Assembly: GCF_002113885.1 (NCBI RefSeq)
Contig: NW_018408880.1
Coordinates: 1,666,966-1,730,965, forward strand
Length of the DNA: 64,000 nucleotides
Reading direction: 5' to 3'
DNA from: Mizuhopecten yessoensis
Taxonomy: Eukaryota
Shown piece by piece: positions 62,323 through 64,000 of the stretch. Numbering within the stretch: the stretch's first letter is position 1; every line of letters begins with the position of its first letter. The notes beneath the pieces were generated by a model, which did no database searches, was not told the DNA's origin, and saw only the letters and a program-made list of their open reading frames with translations. A program made the translations under genes and the position numbers.

Positions 62323-64000
62323 AGACAAGCAAAATTGGTCATATAGACAGTGGGCTATCTAGTCACTAGGTGTAGGAAACCACTTACCTTCTGGGCCCCA
62401 TCTGTCGAAATTCTGATTAGCTTACAGATTAATTAATGTTAAATTACAGAAGGTGATTTTTGAGAAATCTTTAGATTTACAAATACAGCAGTGTTTTTTT
62501 ATCTTCAGATGTTACTATTGATCATTTTAAATAATACATCTCCATTTTTAAATAGAAACTTTTTTGAAAAATATTATACAACATTAAGATTACACATTAC
62601 ATTGTCTTTACTTGTAACTAATCATCCTGTCAACAGCTGGGCCTTAAAGCAATAGATATTTTACCTTTAAGTTTTTTTTCTTGTTCTTTGGGGGTGGGGG
62701 TTTCGTTCAACTGGATTCATGTTAAGAGTTTGTTTTTGTGTCTTTTTCAAAAGATGTTTTCCTGCATTCTTTTATAGTTCAGGAAATACGAAATACACTA
62801 ATATCAATAGATATTAGCCTTTGCTCTGTATCCTTCAACTGTGATGCATTGAGAAAGCAAATGTTGTTGTGAGACTATAACAACATTTGAAATGGTAACG
62901 TCATCAATCTCTTTTGTGACATCATCAATTTCATTGTTGCCAACACTTGATTTTCTGTTCAAAGAACTATTGGAAATAACTAAATAAAGCATAAATAAAG
63001 CATAATTACTCTATACAAATGTAAGTATTAATAATGAACATTTTAGCAAATATTGTTATGTTCCTATAACACACATTTCTATTGCTGACATCAAATTTAC
63101 ATAAAGCCCTACCCGCATAACACTATTTGCTAAAACATTCACTGCTTAAATAATTGGCCTTCTTGATTTGAAAGCGAAGTTTAGGGACACTCAGGCTTCC
63201 AGAGATGTAATCCATTTGTAGTGCTATAAAGGAAACGATCACACAAAATACCACAGAAATAACAGTATTTACATTATTTTATTGGAGATTCAACAATTCA
63301 CAAAATTTATCATGATTTTACAAATCATCATAAGAATCTCTGAAAACAACATTTTTACAACTAAACCATAGTCAACTTAAGCTATTAAGTTATTCCCTCA
63401 TTTAATGTCCCAAGGGGGTGAAGTTGGAAATGACCAACAATATCTCCTTTAAAAACTTTTTTTTAAAGAATTTCAAAAGAAGATTATCAGTTATTTTGAA
63501 TTAAGGTGGTGGAGATGGGGTACCGTTTGCATATAATAATTTTACAGTAAAAACCTGTCTTATCTGACCAAAGTCTATGTAAAAGTCAGTGCAAGTTTCT
63601 GTTACATAGACCTTATGTCTAAGCAATGCATCTTTAGTAAAAGATTTTAAACCATCCAAAATGAAATTATATGGAAATGTGGTTCTCCAGACATCAAACA
63701 ATATGTGTGGAAATGGTAATTAACCAAGTGAACTGAAAGTCATTGAAAGTCAGCAAATTGTAAAACAAAGGAACAGTCGAAAATTAGACTTGTTTTTTTA
63801 TTGTTGCAAAAAAAAGGAGTGTAGTAGAATCTAATTTCAATAGACCTAGCTTCAGCCTATAATGTTGTATTAAATCCCACATCTAATGAAAACTACTAAA
63901 TAAGACCTGTGTATTCTGACCTTCTGTTTAATCTGTCCAATATTTTGTGTCCCACAGGGTTTCAGACTAGACAGGTTTCACTGAATCTATTTTTGTGACC

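Overview
AT-rich, intron-containing eukaryotic DNA. The repeat types and the B-box gene expansion suggest a bivalve mollusc, probably oyster-like (inference). From left to right: (1) the 3' end of a Ser/Thr-rich, possibly GPI-anchored protein gene, with a decayed paralog at ~7.2-8.6 kb; (2) a tandem array of three single-exon, RING-less B-box/coiled-coil/NHL-like beta-propeller genes on the minus strand. Copies 1 and 3 are intact and end in the CaaX motif CTIS, while copy 2 carries two nonsense changes; (3) a complete 10-exon bystin gene (minus) head-to-head with a 6-exon SDR16C-type short-chain dehydrogenase (plus); (4) a non-muscle-type myosin regulatory light chain (minus) with a Pro-rich C-terminal extension. 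Introns and intergenic DNA hold miniature LTR retrotransposons whose LTRs contain a tRNA-like gene, piggyBac- and Harbinger-type MITEs, a Helentron/HINE-type element and several minisatellites. The long ORFs in the 34.6-39.4 kb and 55 kb repeats are artefacts. Exon boundaries were placed by hand from GT/AG sites and reading-frame continuity.
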